From assembly GCA_964463925.1 (NCBI GenBank), contig CAYXDV010000001.1, positions 12,276 to 76,275 of the forward strand: 64,000 nucleotides of DNA. Reading direction: 5' to 3'. Shown in pieces: positions 63,084 to 64,000 of this stretch. Numbering within the stretch: position 1 is the stretch's first letter; every line of letters starts with the position of its first letter. This DNA comes from an uncultured Gammaproteobacteria bacterium (GTDB lineage Bacteria > Patescibacteriota > Microgenomatia > UBA12405). The position numbers and the translations under genes were made by a program. The notes beneath the pieces were generated by a model, which worked only from the letters and a program-made list of their open reading frames with translations, ran no database searches and had not been told where the DNA came from.

Positions 63084-64000
63084 ATGAATACATTTAAACG
63101 ACTTCAATCAGGTCTCGTTCAGGTTCCGGTGTTATTAGGTTTGGCTTTGATGCTAGTGGCACTTCCGGTAGTGTCAAATATGGTAAAGCAGAATCAGGAG
63201 AATAGAAGCCAGGCGGCAAGCTGTGGTGTTGAAGGCAGTACGACTGGGTGTCCAACTGGTTATACCTGCCATAACTACAGCTGTGTTTGTACAGCGGCCT
63301 CATGCGGAGCTTGTGTTCCTAACTGTAATTGTGCGGCAAATACCTGTAGCGGACAGACTTGTCGAAATAGTTGTGGAAGCGGTGACTGTGCCGGAATAAA
63401 ATCATGTACGATTGTTCCGACTTCTGCTCCTGAATGCCCTACTGTGGGTAGATGGGGAGGCTGTAGCCAAGGTGTCCAAAGATGTGAAGGGTATAGGCCT
63501 AACTGGCCAAATTGTGAAACAAACAATGATTGTTCTATTGGTAATTCTCGGTCTTGTAGTCAGCCTGTAAATACCCCTACTACTGCTCCGACTTCGGCGG
63601 ATTGTAATAATGGTTGTGAAGCAAATACTTGTAAAGGTCAAACTTGTTATGACAAATGTGGGGGGACTAGACAGGGTGCAAAAGACTGTACACCTGCAGA
63701 TGATGCATGTTCAGCTGGCGATAAACCAACATGTAATGGCAACTCTGTAAAAGTTTGCATTAACGGCTTTTGGACTCAAAAAGAATGTTTAAATGGTGAG
63801 GCTTGTAATGTGGCCACTGGCATGTGTGAAGCTTATCATCCAACCGATACGCCTACCCCAGCACCATCAACTGAAGCTGACTGTAAAGCAAAAGGAATGA
63901 CATGGAGTTGTGGTACGTATGATTTTGTGACGAGTTGTGTGTGTGTCGTCAGTCCGACTGCTTCAACTTCTCCCTCTACTTCTCTAAAAGATGGTTCGTT
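63084..64000 (+). CDS. partial gene: signal-peptide protein with Cys-rich repeats, running off the window end (absent from the ORF track)
   Basis: Manual translation gives MNTFKRLQSGLVQVPVLLGLALMLVALPVVSN..., then repeated C-rich modules (CNCAANTCSGQTCRNSCGSGDC...; CNNGCEANTCKGQTCYDKCGG...) separated by Pro/Thr linkers. There is no stop before 64000. Confidence 0.6.
   Translation, partial: MNTFKRLQSGLVQVPVLLGLALMLVALPVVSNMVKQNQENRSQAASCGVEGSTTGCPTGYTCHNYSCVCTAASCGACVPNCNCAANTCSGQTCRNSCGSGDCAGIKSCTIVPTSAPECPTVGRWGGCSQGVQRCEGYRPNWPNCETNNDCSIGNSRSCSQPVNTPTTAPTSADCNNGCEANTCKGQTCYDKCGGTRQGAKDCTPADDACSAGDKPTCNGNSVKVCINGFWTQKECLNGEACNVATGMCEAYHPTDTPTPAPSTEADCKAKGMTWSCGTYDFVTSCVCVVSPTASTSPSTSLKDGS

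Noticed and set aside
63094-63641. Three minus-strand ORFs at the window end
   Set aside because: Antisense of the plus-strand Cys-repeat secreted protein gene (63084 onward). That gene has a signal peptide and modular repeats.
1-64000. CRISPR arrays, rRNA genes, IS/transposase genes
   Set aside because: No regularly spaced direct repeats, no rRNA-like conserved blocks and no DDE/serine/tyrosine recombinase ORFs were recognised anywhere in the window.

Overview
The window is 64 kb of low-GC (about 38-40%) bacterial chromosome. Gene content and order suggest a reduced-genome Patescibacteria/CPR-like organism using the standard code (TGA is used as a stop in ATGA overlaps). Conserved backbone: rplL(partial)-rplJ; rplA-rplK-[unknown]-nusG-secE; nrdR; tmk-glyA; ddl; tRNA-Trp and tRNA-Ala; dCMP deaminase; a minus-strand run rpmG / radical-SAM / EpmA-like; hpf; tRNA-Ser and two tRNA-Thr; a reduced suf cluster (sufC-sufB-[secreted hypothetical]-tiny sufD-sufS-[IMPase-like]-sufU); fmt and def (divergent); mreB-PBP2-topA-greA-like; rpsB-tsf-[vapBC]-frr-rseP. 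Accessory content is dense. There are at least four type II toxin-antitoxin loci (an in-frame YefM-RelE fusion, an RHH antitoxin next to a frameshifted RelE/ParE pseudogene, and two VapBC pairs). Envelope genes include GT2, GT28 and GT-C-like glycosyltransferases, an O-antigen ligase with TPR, and cysteine-rich secreted proteins. There is an orphan FtsK/HerA/TraD-like ATPase and two nucleoside-2-deoxyribosyltransferase-like proteins, one fused to an RHH domain. Two compositionally foreign islands stand out. One (19.3-21.5 kb) carries a high-GC lipoprotein gene bracketed by a codon-phase-preserving 31-bp inverted repeat. The other (about 51-57 kb) has a consensus sigma70 promoter driving three small unknown genes that converge on a GC-rich, translationally coupled operon of six membrane proteins (one SPFH, one zinc-ribbon), followed by an inverted-repeat-rich non-coding stretch. 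This second island is the best candidate for an undescribed system. A partial plus-strand gene for a signal-peptide, cysteine-repeat protein runs off the window end (63084-64000) and is missing from the ORF track. No CRISPR array, rRNA or transposase was seen.
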